A stretch of DNA of 64,000 nucleotides. Origin: an uncultured Rikenellaceae bacterium. Its GTDB lineage: Bacteria > Bacteroidota > Bacteroidia > Bacteroidales > VadinHA17. Each line of letters opens with the position of its first letter. Within the stretch, counting starts at the first letter, position 1. A program made the position numbers and the translations under genes. Where the stretch lies: positions 518,357 to 582,356 of the forward strand of contig CAWFSO010000001.1 of assembly GCA_963818525.1 (NCBI GenBank). The letters are read 5' to 3'. Shown one piece after another: positions 57,101 through 64,000 of the stretch. Below the pieces are notes generated by a model. It searched no databases. It saw nothing but the letters and a program-made list of their open reading frames with translations, and had not been told where the DNA came from.

Positions 57101-57547
57101 ATCTATGTCGAACCTGAGAAGTTCGATAACCTGAAGACCAATGAGATGGCCGAGGAGATTGATGCCATCAACAGGAAAATGCTGGCGGAGGGCAGAAAAT
57201 ATATTCTGATTGGCCCTGGCCGGTGGGGAACAAAGGACAGGTTCCTGGGCATCCCTGTTGCATGGCCTCAGATATCAAACGCCAGGGTCATAGTCGAGGT
57301 AAGCCTGCCCGATTATCACGTTGACGCGTCGCAGGGTTCGCACTTCTTCCATAATGTGACATCGATGAATATAGGCTATCTCTCCGTCAACCAGTATACC
57401 GGCGACGGCACCATCCTGTGGGACAGGCTGCAGAAGCAGAAGACCATAGGCAATGGTACCTGGTTCAGGCATATAAGGTTTGAGGAGCCCCTGGTAATCA
57501 GGATGGATGGCAGGAAGGGTATGGCTGTGATATCTGTCAGCAGCTGA
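54104..57547 (+). CDS. Large multidomain PEP/pyruvate-binding (PPDK_N-type ATP-grasp) protein with N-terminal sensor-like and receiver-like regions
   Basis: 1147 aa. The N-terminus carries the ERLKELACINRTTQIL motif. Two CheY-like stretches are present (ILLVASLYDAY..., VILIIEDAADYY...). The C-terminal half has GGSLGGKGRGLAF and VRSSSLFEDS, typical of the PEP synthase/PPDK nucleotide-binding domain. Confidence 0.72.
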   Translation: MTENPDTGNGFSRDIHDQQERLKELACINRTTQILKERKPLEETLMHLVLELPGAWQYPDYAVARIRYQQKSFESPGFVETNWKLVQDFTTIEGKGSVEIFYTREFLGEYEGPFLKEERDLIRNFSKLVTGYINSLAAGNSGSKSDDSPDDKEDINSLSSRKLLQKFLDRHNAERDVFHDLMPFMVREILLVASLYDAYSIEGEGRFSDHMLGEYYQMSLTTLPRITGVSGEDEAFSRLGVRHYDMIIIMVGVDKTKPMSLCRKIKEKYPYIPTFLLLNNPGDIPFVQEQKTLGIPFDNYFVWTGESKVFFAMAKLLEDQVNVENDTKKGLTGVILIIEDAADYYSTYVPMLYTLVLEQTRILIEDVSSDELYKVLKLRARPKILLATTWEEAMSVYAKYKDRLLGVISDMRFPRNGVLNDKAGYDLIRHIREEQTNLPTLLQSSDPGNAVYAEQLKASFINKNSETLLQDLKSFITYYLGFGHFVYRDTKGRQIAVAKSMREFEAFLKTVPEDSLVYHAMKNHFSLWLMARGEVKVAKQINPVKISDFRSLKEMREFLIEVIRRRRREMNKGKVVNFDESLMIDESNVVSLAGGSLGGKGRGLAFVSTLIHSFELGRLLPGINIKSPLTAIIGTDEFDHFMETNHMWDVVNREKDFGELQKKFLSGTLSSALESKLRIFIKLYSQPLAVRSSSLFEDSLSQPFSGVFGTYLLPNNHPDTEVRLRQLISAIKLVFSSIYSDNSRIYFEAINYKIEQEKMAVVIQAVVGRKYDEIFYPHISGTAQSFNFYPVANMTPHDGFAIAAVGLGQYVLDGERAFRFSPSFPALDIMSIEDLIRYSQVEFYAVNLARRDVDLLEGESAGLVKLDISRAETDGALKHCASVFSMDNDTVSPGLDVQGPRVINFANILKYDYIPLAPTLKKVLEVVREAFGAPVEIEFAVDLTRDENDRASFYLLQIKPLVGSGAGYAIDPETVYTDDMLLVSRKSMGNGLINDITDIIYVEPEKFDNLKTNEMAEEIDAINRKMLAEGRKYILIGPGRWGTKDRFLGIPVAWPQISNARVIVEVSLPDYHVDASQGSHFFHNVTSMNIGYLSVNQYTGDGTILWDRLQKQKTIGNGTWFRHIRFEEPLVIRMDGRKGMAVISVSS

Positions 57548-57681
57548 CCGTCAGGGCCGGGGTGGCAATTTCCCGGTTTATCTTTCAGCTGTTGACCGTC
57601 AGTGCCGGGGTGGCAATTTCCCGGTTTATCTTTCAGCTGTTGACCGTCAGTGCCGAGGTGGCAACTCCCTGGTTTATCTTT
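57541..57681. repeat. 48-bp tandem repeat x3; the last copy is the 3' coding end of fabD and the first overlaps the stop of the plus-strand gene
   Basis: Copies start at 57541 (45 nt, 3-nt deletion), 57586 and 57634. The unit is CAGCTGTTGACCGTCAGTGCCGGGGTGGCAATTTCCCGGTTTATCTTT. Confidence 0.9.
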
Positions 57682-58520
57682 TTGACCAGTCCCTGCAGCA
57701 CGCTGCCCGGGCCGGCCTCAATAAACTCCGTTGCACCGTCGGCAATCATCTTCTCCACTGTCTGTGTCCATCGTACCGGCGAGGTAAGCTGTGCCACCAG
57801 GTTATTCATTATCTCCCCGGGGTCAGTCACAGGCATGCCTGTGACATTCTGGTAGACAGGACACACCGGACGGCTGAACCGGGCTTTCCTGATGGCCTCC
57901 TCCAGCTCCTGGCGGGCCGGCTCCATGCACGGCGAATGAAATCCGCCGCTCACTGAGAGTGGCACAATCCTTTTGGCGCCTCTCTGCTTCAGCTCACCGG
58001 AGGCCACATTGATACCCTCGATGGTGCCGGAGATGACTATCTGGCCGGGACTGTTATAATTAGCCGGGACCACCGTCTCCGCGACAGAGGCGCACACCTC
58101 CTCAACCACCGCATCGGGCATACCCAGCACGGCGGCCATGGTCGACGGGTTGATGCCGCATGCCTTCTGCATGGCGGAAGCCCTGCCGGCAACAAGCGTC
58201 AGTCCGTCTTCAAATGAGAGGGCGCCGGCAGCGACGAGAGCCGAAAACTCTCCCAGCGAATGGCCGGCGACCATTGCCGGATTAAAAGCAGCCCCCGCAA
58301 CGGCAGTAAGTATCACCGAATGGAGGAAGATGGCAGGCTGGGTCACCCTGGTCTGCCTGAGCTCCTCATCGGTGCCTGAAAACATTATGTCGGTTATACG
58401 GAAGCCAAGAAGCTCGTTGGCCTTTTCAAACATCTCACGCGCTGCGGGAAAATTGTCATAGAGATCTTTTCCCATTCCGGGGTATTGCGCTCCCTGCCCC
58501 GGGAATACGAAGGCTTTCAT
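57633..58520 (-). CDS. fabD: ACP S-malonyltransferase
   Basis: 295 aa with FPGQGAQYPGMG, GHSLGEFSAL and VSGGFHS. Confidence 0.95.
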   Translation of the reverse strand: MKAFVFPGQGAQYPGMGKDLYDNFPAAREMFEKANELLGFRITDIMFSGTDEELRQTRVTQPAIFLHSVILTAVAGAAFNPAMVAGHSLGEFSALVAAGALSFEDGLTLVAGRASAMQKACGINPSTMAAVLGMPDAVVEEVCASVAETVVPANYNSPGQIVISGTIEGINVASGELKQRGAKRIVPLSVSGGFHSPCMEPARQELEEAIRKARFSRPVCPVYQNVTGMPVTDPGEIMNNLVAQLTSPVRWTQTVEKMIADGATEFIEAGPGSVLQGLVKKINQGVATSALTVNS

Positions 58521-58554
58521 AATCTATGCTGAAGATTGGTATTTGAAGTTTATT

Positions 58555-59139
58555 TTAGTGCAGCCTGTTGGCTATCAGATGCATGAACTCCTCACGGGTG
58601 TTGAGGTTCGAGAGGAAACAGCCGGTAAAGGCTGATGTGGTGGTGACCGAGTTCTGTTTCTGTACCCCGCGGATCTGCATGCACATGTGCTGTGCCTCTA
58701 TGACCACCGCCACTCCCAGTGGCTTGAGGTTATCCTGTATGCAGTTCCGTATCTGGGTCGTGAGCCGCTCCTGCACCTGCAGCCTGGCAGCATAGGTCTC
58801 CACAATGCGTGCTATCTTGCTCAGTCCTGTTATCTGTCCGTCAGGTATATAGGCTACGTGCGCCTTGCCGAAGAAAGGCAGCATGTGATGCTCGCACATC
58901 GAGTAGATGTCAATGTCCTTCACCAGCACCATCTGCCGGTATTCCTCCTTGAACATGGCGCTGCGGAGGATCTGCTCAGGGTCAGAGTTGTAGCCCCTGG
59001 TGAGAAAGCTCAGCGCCTTCGCCACCCTCTCGGGTGTCTTTAGCAACCCCTCCCTCTCGGGATCCTCTCCCAGGAGCTTCAAAATCTTATGGTAATATCC
59101 CGCAATCTCCACGTATGACTTCCGGGTTCCATCTCTCAA
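58555..59139 (-). CDS. folE: GTP cyclohydrolase I FolE
   Basis: 194 aa with [10 protein letters not shown] and QVQERLT. Confidence 0.95.
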   Translation of the reverse strand: MRDGTRKSYVEIAGYYHKILKLLGEDPEREGLLKTPERVAKALSFLTRGYNSDPEQILRSAMFKEEYRQMVLVKDIDIYSMCEHHMLPFFGKAHVAYIPDGQITGLSKIARIVETYAARLQVQERLTTQIRNCIQDNLKPLGVAVVIEAQHMCMQIRGVQKQNSVTTTSAFTGCFLSNLNTREEFMHLIANRLH

Positions 59140-59192
59140 TCTTGTTGTAGCCGTCTGACAGCTTACTGCTTCCGTCGTTTAGTTTTTCCATA

Positions 59193-59603
59193 TTATCCGT
59201 AATATTCAACATAATTGTTTTCAGTCTCCTCAACCCTGACACAGTGCAGGGCGGCGCCCTCGGCAGCCAGCGGCGCCTCAAGCTCCTGCCATATGGCTAT
59301 CGCCAGGTTCTCCGTGGTGGCAACCCTGCCAGCCATGAAGTCCGTCTCGAGGTTCATGTTCCTGTGGTCAAGCTTCTCAACCACCATCTCTGTCATTATC
59401 TCCTTCAGCCTCGTCGCATTCATGAAGTAGCCCGTCACATGATCCATCTCACCCTTCACCGTCACCTTCAGCACATAGTTGTGACCGTGCCACTGAGGGT
59501 TCGAGCATTTGCCGTAGATCCTTCTGTTCTCCTCATCACTGAGGCCGGGACGGAACATTCTGTGCGCGGAACTGAACCGCTCTCTTCTTGTCAGGTAGAT
59601 CAT
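59193..59603 (-). CDS. queD: 6-carboxytetrahydropterin synthase / 6-pyruvoyl-tetrahydropterin synthase family
   Basis: 136 aa with FSSAHRM, CSNPQWHGHNY and LDHRNMN. Confidence 0.88.
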   Translation of the reverse strand: MIYLTRRERFSSAHRMFRPGLSDEENRRIYGKCSNPQWHGHNYVLKVTVKGEMDHVTGYFMNATRLKEIMTEMVVEKLDHRNMNLETDFMAGRVATTENLAIAIWQELEAPLAAEGAALHCVRVEETENNYVEYYG

Positions 59604-59647
59604 ATCCTCTTATTTATTTAGTTGCCGGGAATGAGGACTATTTTGTT

Positions 59648-59655
59648 CAAAAATA
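59648..59655 (-). promoter_or_regulatory. Bacteroidota -7 promoter box (TATTTTTG on minus strand)
   Basis: Plus-strand CAAAAATA, about 45 nt upstream of the queD ATG at 59603. Confidence 0.35.
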
Positions 59656-59688
59656 ATATATTTATCTGTCTAATCACAGGTATAACAG

Positions 59689-60357
59689 ATGGATTACATC
59701 AGCGGAGATATTCTGATTGCCGTGGCTCACCCCTCGGAGGAGCAGGCAGTGCGGCATTCCGTCGCCCGCACACAGGGCCGTTGCGAAATTATCGTCACCG
59801 GCGTGGGCGGTGCAGCAATGTCATGGGCCCTGCAGAAGAGGTTCTCATCAGGACCGCTGCCGTCGCTGGTGATAGGGGCAGGCATTGCCGGCAGTTACGT
59901 CCCCGCCATCACTCCGGGCGATGTGGTGATAACGCGGTCCGATTGCTTTGCCGATATGGGTGTGGATGATAACGGCGACTTCCGGTCGCTCTTCGGCGCC
60001 AGCCTGGCCGACCCTGACAGTCCGCCTTTCAGAGGAGGGAGGATCCACTGCAGCGGGAGGTGGTTTGACCTGCTCTCCGAAAGATTCCGTGCCGTGACCG
60101 GGGCCACGGTCAATATGTCTTCCGGCTCGCAGGCTGTCATAGACCGGATACGCAAGGCATGGGACCCCGAAATAGAGACTATGGAAGGTGCATGGCTGGC
60201 CTATGCCTGCTCTGTCACATCAATACCGTGGGTCTCGTTGAGGGCGGTCTCAAATATGGTTGAACCCCGTAATACAAAGAACTGGGACATACCGCTTGCG
60301 CTCCGTCGCCTGCAGGAGGAGATGGTACAGGTAACTGACATAATTATGACAACATGA
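59689..60357 (+). CDS. mqnB: Futalosine hydrolase (PNP/UDP phosphorylase family)
   Basis: 222 aa with a nucleoside phosphorylase-like fold (TGVGGAAM, ETMEGAWLAYAC). It overlaps the following mqnD-like gene by 4 nt. Confidence 0.72.
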   Translation: MDYISGDILIAVAHPSEEQAVRHSVARTQGRCEIIVTGVGGAAMSWALQKRFSSGPLPSLVIGAGIAGSYVPAITPGDVVITRSDCFADMGVDDNGDFRSLFGASLADPDSPPFRGGRIHCSGRWFDLLSERFRAVTGATVNMSSGSQAVIDRIRKAWDPEIETMEGAWLAYACSVTSIPWVSLRAVSNMVEPRNTKNWDIPLALRRLQEEMVQVTDIIMTT

Positions 60358-61184
60358 AACTTACGCTGGGCTTTTCCCCGTGTCCCAATGACACCTTCAT
60401 CTTTGAAGCCATGGTGCATGGCAGGATAGATACGGAAGGGCTGGAGTTCGACTGGTTCCTCGCTGATGTTGAGGAGCTGAACCGCAGGGCCATAGAGGGA
60501 AGCGTAGACATCACCAAGATGAGCTATCATGCATATGCCAGGGCGGCTGCAGGCTACCTGATACTCGATGCAGGCAGCGCCCTGGGCCGCAACAACGGCC
60601 CGCTGGTGGTAAGCAGGCGCATGCTTGACCCCGGTGAGCTGAATGACTCCCTGATAGCCATACCCGGGGTAAATACAACAGCCAACCTGCTCTTCAGCAT
60701 CTTCTGGCCGGAAGCAACGCGCAAGCGCGAGTACCTCTTCTCCGACATACCCGGGGCGGTCCTCTCGGGTGAGGTTGATGCAGGACTAATTATCCACGAG
60801 ACCAGGTTCACTTATGAGGCACTCGGATTAATAAAAATAGCCGATACCGGGGAGAGGTGGGAGGCGCTTACCGGACTGCCGGTCCCGCTGGGAGGGATTG
60901 TTGTAAACCGCGGGATCGATGAGGAGACGGCCGCCAGGGTCAACAGGGCGATTAGGCGAAGCATCGGGTATGCTTATGCCAGCCCGGAAGCATCTGTCAG
61001 CTTCATCAGGAAATACGCCAGGGAGACTGACGCCGAGGTGACGAGAGAGCATATAGAATTATTCGTCAACAGCTTCAGCCTGTCGCTTGGGCAGGAGGGA
61101 CGGGCAGCCATCGAACGCCTCTATGCCGTAGCCCTGGAAAAAGGTGTTATAGAACCGCTGCCGGAGAGGATTTTTCTCCTCTGA
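60354..61184 (+). CDS. mqnD: 1,4-dihydroxy-6-naphthoate synthase
   Basis: 276 aa with the LGFSPCPNDTFIF N-terminal signature of MqnD (VitK2_biosynth family). Confidence 0.82.
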   Translation: MKLTLGFSPCPNDTFIFEAMVHGRIDTEGLEFDWFLADVEELNRRAIEGSVDITKMSYHAYARAAAGYLILDAGSALGRNNGPLVVSRRMLDPGELNDSLIAIPGVNTTANLLFSIFWPEATRKREYLFSDIPGAVLSGEVDAGLIIHETRFTYEALGLIKIADTGERWEALTGLPVPLGGIVVNRGIDEETAARVNRAIRRSIGYAYASPEASVSFIRKYARETDAEVTREHIELFVNSFSLSLGQEGRAAIERLYAVALEKGVIEPLPERIFLL

Positions 61185-61247
61185 ATGTTTCAGAGGTGTT
61201 CTCATTTTAGTATCTTTACTTTCAATCTAACATAATCTGACCAGGCC

Positions 61248-61841
61248 ATGAAATTTGAACTACCCCCCCTTAAGTACGCTGCTGATGAACTCGCGCCCGG
61301 TCTGAGCGCCGAGACTCTTGAGTTCCACCATGGCAAGCATCATCTTGCCTATGTGAATAACCTCAACAACCTGCTTCCGGGGTCACCGTTTGAGAATGCT
61401 ACTCTTGAGACGATGATCAGGAAAGCTGAAGGCGGCATATTCAACAACGCTGCCCAGGTCTGGAACCATACCTTCTACTTCGATGCCTTCTCTCCCTCGG
61501 GAAAAAGAGTTCCCGCAGGAACCGTGGCAAAGGCCATTGATGCTGAGTACGGCTCCTTCGACGCCTTCCGGGAGGCATTCACCAAGGCTGCCTCCACACT
61601 CTTCGGAGCAGGATGGGCCTGGCTCTGCATGAAACCCGACGGCAGGCTGACCATCACCCAGGAACAGAATGCCGGCAACCCTATCAGGTCAGGACTGGTG
61701 CCGATTATGACTTGCGACGTGTGGGAACATGCCTACTATATTGACTACAGGAACAGGCGCCCTGACTACATCACGAACTTCTGGAAGCTGCTCGACTGGA
61801 AAGTCATTGGCGAACGCTACGACGAGGCGCTGAAAAAATAA
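61248..61841 (+). CDS. Fe/Mn superoxide dismutase
   Basis: 197 aa starting MKFELPPLKYAADELAP, with FHHGKHH and DVWEHAYY. Confidence 0.95.
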   Translation: MKFELPPLKYAADELAPGLSAETLEFHHGKHHLAYVNNLNNLLPGSPFENATLETMIRKAEGGIFNNAAQVWNHTFYFDAFSPSGKRVPAGTVAKAIDAEYGSFDAFREAFTKAASTLFGAGWAWLCMKPDGRLTITQEQNAGNPIRSGLVPIMTCDVWEHAYYIDYRNRRPDYITNFWKLLDWKVIGERYDEALKK

Positions 61842-61890
61842 GAATCAGTTGACATAACACCTTTTCAGAGGTCTCTGTAACCTCGCAGAC

Positions 61891-61921
61891 AGCCTGCCCT
61901 GAACTGCGGCAGAGGCTTTTT
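61891..61921 (+). terminator. Putative intrinsic terminator after SOD
   Basis: GCCTGCC pairs with GGCAG(AG)GGC (imperfect stem), followed by TTTTT. Confidence 0.4.
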
Positions 61922-62007
61922 CAGCCCCGCCGGAAACGAACTTACTGTGGCAAACAACATCTTCACACCAATCCTTGCACCCTGGGATTGAATGTCTGTT
62001 TTTTACC

Positions 62008-62015
62008 TATCTTTG
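62008..62015 (+). promoter_or_regulatory. Bacteroidota -7 promoter box (TATCTTTG)
   Basis: Exact TAnnTTTG match, 13 nt upstream of the ATG at 62028. This argues against the ORF-track start at 61992. Confidence 0.4.
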
Positions 62016-62027
62016 CCCCCAAACTTT

Positions 62028-62606
62028 ATGAAAATGAACATCCGACAGCTAGTAGAGCAGACAAGAACATACCGCAGGTTCGACGAGAAACACGAGGTTA
62101 CCCGGGATACCCTGGTTTCACTTGTTGACCTCGCCCGCCTGTCAGCCTCCGGCGCCAACCGGCAGCCTCTGAAATATATCCTGGTTACAGATCCGGCGAA
62201 GCGTGCTGATGTCTATACCTGTCTTGCATGGGCAGGATATCTTACCACCTGGGAGGGACCTGATCCGGGGGAGAGGCCTACGGCATATATCGTAATCCTT
62301 GGCGACAAGGAGATATCAGATTCATTTGGCGTTGATCACGGTATTGCCGCCCAGAGCATCATGCTCGGAGCCACTGAAGCCGGCCTGGGAGGATGTATAA
62401 TCGCCAGCGTGAAAAAGGAGAAGCTCAGGTCATTGCTGGATATACCCAGGGACCTGGAAGTACTCCTTGTCCTTGCCATCGGAAAACCGATTGAGAAGGT
62501 GGTCATTGAGACCCTTGCAAATAATAATGTGAAATACTGGAGAGATGAAAAGCGCGTTCACCACGTACCCAAGAGGACGCTTGACGAGATCATCCTTCAA
62601 AGGTAA
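62028..62606 (+). CDS. Nitroreductase family protein
   Basis: Start MKMNIRQLVEQTRTYRRF, with SASGANRQP and a nitroreductase fold. Confidence 0.85.
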   Translation: MKMNIRQLVEQTRTYRRFDEKHEVTRDTLVSLVDLARLSASGANRQPLKYILVTDPAKRADVYTCLAWAGYLTTWEGPDPGERPTAYIVILGDKEISDSFGVDHGIAAQSIMLGATEAGLGGCIIASVKKEKLRSLLDIPRDLEVLLVLAIGKPIEKVVIETLANNNVKYWRDEKRVHHVPKRTLDEIILQR

Positions 62607-63324
62607 GGCAGGCCTGACCATATCTGTCATCTTCCTTCTTCTTGCCATTATGCAGCAGAGCGCTTCGGCCCAGCAGGCCGGCCCGATACTCTTTCACGGT
62701 GTCATACTCGACGCTGAAACCCGGCAGCCGCTGACAGGAGCACATTACCTGGTCAGGGGCAGGACGGGAGGCGCCACCGACAGCAGGGGGATGTTCTCAC
62801 TCTATGCCCGCCACCATGACACGATAACATTCACCTGTATGGGCTACAAGGAGTACAGCATGACCGTGCAGGATACCCTTCGTGCAAAAGAATATATTAC
62901 AGGTATCTACCTCACCAGTGACACACTCATGATCGCAGCTGTGGTGGTGATACCCAGGATTGGAAACATCAGGGCTGAAATATTATCAGAACGGCCGGCG
63001 CCGGACCAGGAGCTGATCAATGCGACAAATAATCTTAAGTTATCTGCTTACCAGGGGCTTACCACCGCCGCCAAACTTGGTGATCCCAATGCCAATTATG
63101 AGGTCCTGCGACAGAAGCAGCGCTCTGAGGCATATTCAAAGGGTCAGATTCCGGCGGACCAGATGCTGGCCCTGAGTCCGTTCACCATTATTCCGCTGAT
63201 CTATCTCCTTGCCGTTGGTTTGCCTGAACAGCCCGAGCCGCCTGTTCCATATATATCCGCCCGCGAGATGGAGAGCCTCCGTGCCATGCATGACTCGCTT
63301 ATCTACCGGGCACCGGTGCGCTGA
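62545..63324 (+). CDS. Carboxypeptidase-regulatory-like domain protein (secreted)
   Basis: Signal-like LTISVIFLLLAIMQQSASAQ, then GVILDAETRQPLTGAHYLVRGRTGGATDSRGMFSL (CarboxypepD_reg-like). The start is uncertain, because the ATG at 62545 overlaps the previous gene by 62 nt. Confidence 0.55.
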   Translation: MKSAFTTYPRGRLTRSSFKGKAGLTISVIFLLLAIMQQSASAQQAGPILFHGVILDAETRQPLTGAHYLVRGRTGGATDSRGMFSLYARHHDTITFTCMGYKEYSMTVQDTLRAKEYITGIYLTSDTLMIAAVVVIPRIGNIRAEILSERPAPDQELINATNNLKLSAYQGLTTAAKLGDPNANYEVLRQKQRSEAYSKGQIPADQMLALSPFTIIPLIYLLAVGLPEQPEPPVPYISAREMESLRAMHDSLIYRAPVR

Positions 63325-63389
63325 TTTTCAATCGCAAATTTGAGCCGGCGAGGCATTCGCAGGCTTATCCCGTCCACGAAGTCTCGGGA

Positions 63390-63438
63390 CGCAAATCGCA
63401 AATCGCAAATCGCAAATCGCAAATCGCAAATCGCAAAT
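63390..63438. repeat. Heptanucleotide microsatellite (CGCAAAT)x7
   Basis: Seven perfect head-to-tail copies end 2 nt before the stop codon (63441-63443) of the minus-strand gene. An isolated copy lies at 63332-63338. Confidence 0.95.
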
Positions 63439-63440
63439 TC

Positions 63441-64000
63441 CTATCCCTTGTAGAATATCGCTTTGATGATATGCTCCGCCATCTTCGGGTTCTCCTTCAG
63501 CCTGCGGGTTGAATAACCAAACCACTTCTCGCCGAAGGGAACATACACCCTCATAGTATGCCCGGCGTCAACTATGCTCTGCCGCAGCTTCGGCGTGACG
63601 CCGTAAAGCATCTGGAACTCGTACATGTTCTTCGGGACATTGTACTTCTTGATGAGCTCGTAAGCGCCATCAATCAGAGGCTTGTCGTGCGTGGCGATGC
63701 CAACATAAATTTTATTCCTGAACATGAATTCCAGGTCTTCCAGGAAATGTTTGTTGATCTCCTCGTACTTCTTGTAGGCGATCTCCGCCGGCTCCACATA
63801 GATACCCTTGCACAGCCTGTAATTGGTTGGTATCTCAGGAGTGTTCATGTCAAGCATCTTCTCCAGGTCACTGTAGGTCCTCTTCATGTATGCCTGCACC
63901 ACCAGTCCCACGTTCTTCGGGAATTCAGCATGAAGGCGCCTGTAAAGCTCTATCTCCATGTCGGTGCATGGAGAATCCTCCATGTCTATCCTGCAGAAGT
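63441..64000 (-). CDS. Proline dehydrogenase family protein (5' end outside window)
   Basis: The C-terminal region has QAYMKRT, CKGIY, YEFQMLYGV and YVPFG...W..Y..RRL.ENP, typical of PutA-type proline dehydrogenase. The reading frame stays open to the window edge. Confidence 0.85.
   Translation of the reverse strand, partial: FCRIDMEDSPCTDMEIELYRRLHAEFPKNVGLVVQAYMKRTYSDLEKMLDMNTPEIPTNYRLCKGIYVEPAEIAYKKYEEINKHFLEDLEFMFRNKIYVGIATHDKPLIDGAYELIKKYNVPKNMYEFQMLYGVTPKLRQSIVDAGHTMRVYVPFGEKWFGYSTRRLKENPKMAEHIIKAIFYKG

Noticed and set aside
57541-57681. A diversity-generating retroelement (template/variable repeat) as the explanation for 3'-end repeats.
   Set aside because: There is no reverse transcriptase in the window. 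The repeats are far shorter than typical TR/VR pairs. The differences are not restricted to adenine positions of one copy (for example g/a, a/g and c/t changes in both directions). The affected genes are housekeeping enzymes.

Overview
This window reads as a core-genome segment of a Bacteroidota chromosome. The evidence is gldD/gldE, a T9SS-type C-terminal sorting domain, a THX-like mini ribosomal protein, the uppS-bamA-ompH-ompH-murI arrangement, and many TAnnTTTG -7 promoter boxes. It starts inside the tail of the ribosomal spc/alpha cluster (secY', map, infA, rpmJ, rpsM, rpsK, rpsD, rpoA, rplQ). It then runs through densely packed housekeeping genes: eno, a UbiD-family decarboxylase, hisS, ychF, ssb, HU, RNase G, pth, rplY, prs, engB, manA, udk, pdxJ, nadK, korAB, fabD, folE, queD, mqnB/mqnD, SOD and a partial proline dehydrogenase. 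Two ECF sigma/anti-sigma envelope modules and a few signalling proteins are interspersed. I found no tRNA or rRNA genes, CRISPR array, transposase, integrase, prophage or recognisable defence island, and no convincing new multi-gene system. The most unusual signal is non-coding. In most convergent gene pairs the short spacer is built from head-to-tail copies of one gene's own 3' end (periods 38, 41, 47 and 48 bp). In two other pairs it is built from heptanucleotide microsatellites flanking a shared ~55-nt hairpin-containing core. Other points worth a second look: an orphan strong intrinsic terminator with no gene upstream (candidate sRNA); two genes interrupted by single-nucleotide frameshifts; a six-gene ECF-sigma operon with DUF4097, DUF2807 and small barrel proteins; an 1147-aa receiver-like/PPDK_N fusion protein; a hybrid histidine kinase with a degenerate ATP-binding domain next to a PP2C phosphatase; and a bacterial GGGP-synthase-family gene overlapping a PPTase gene. 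All protein calls rest on motif recognition by eye from the supplied translations. No database search was run.
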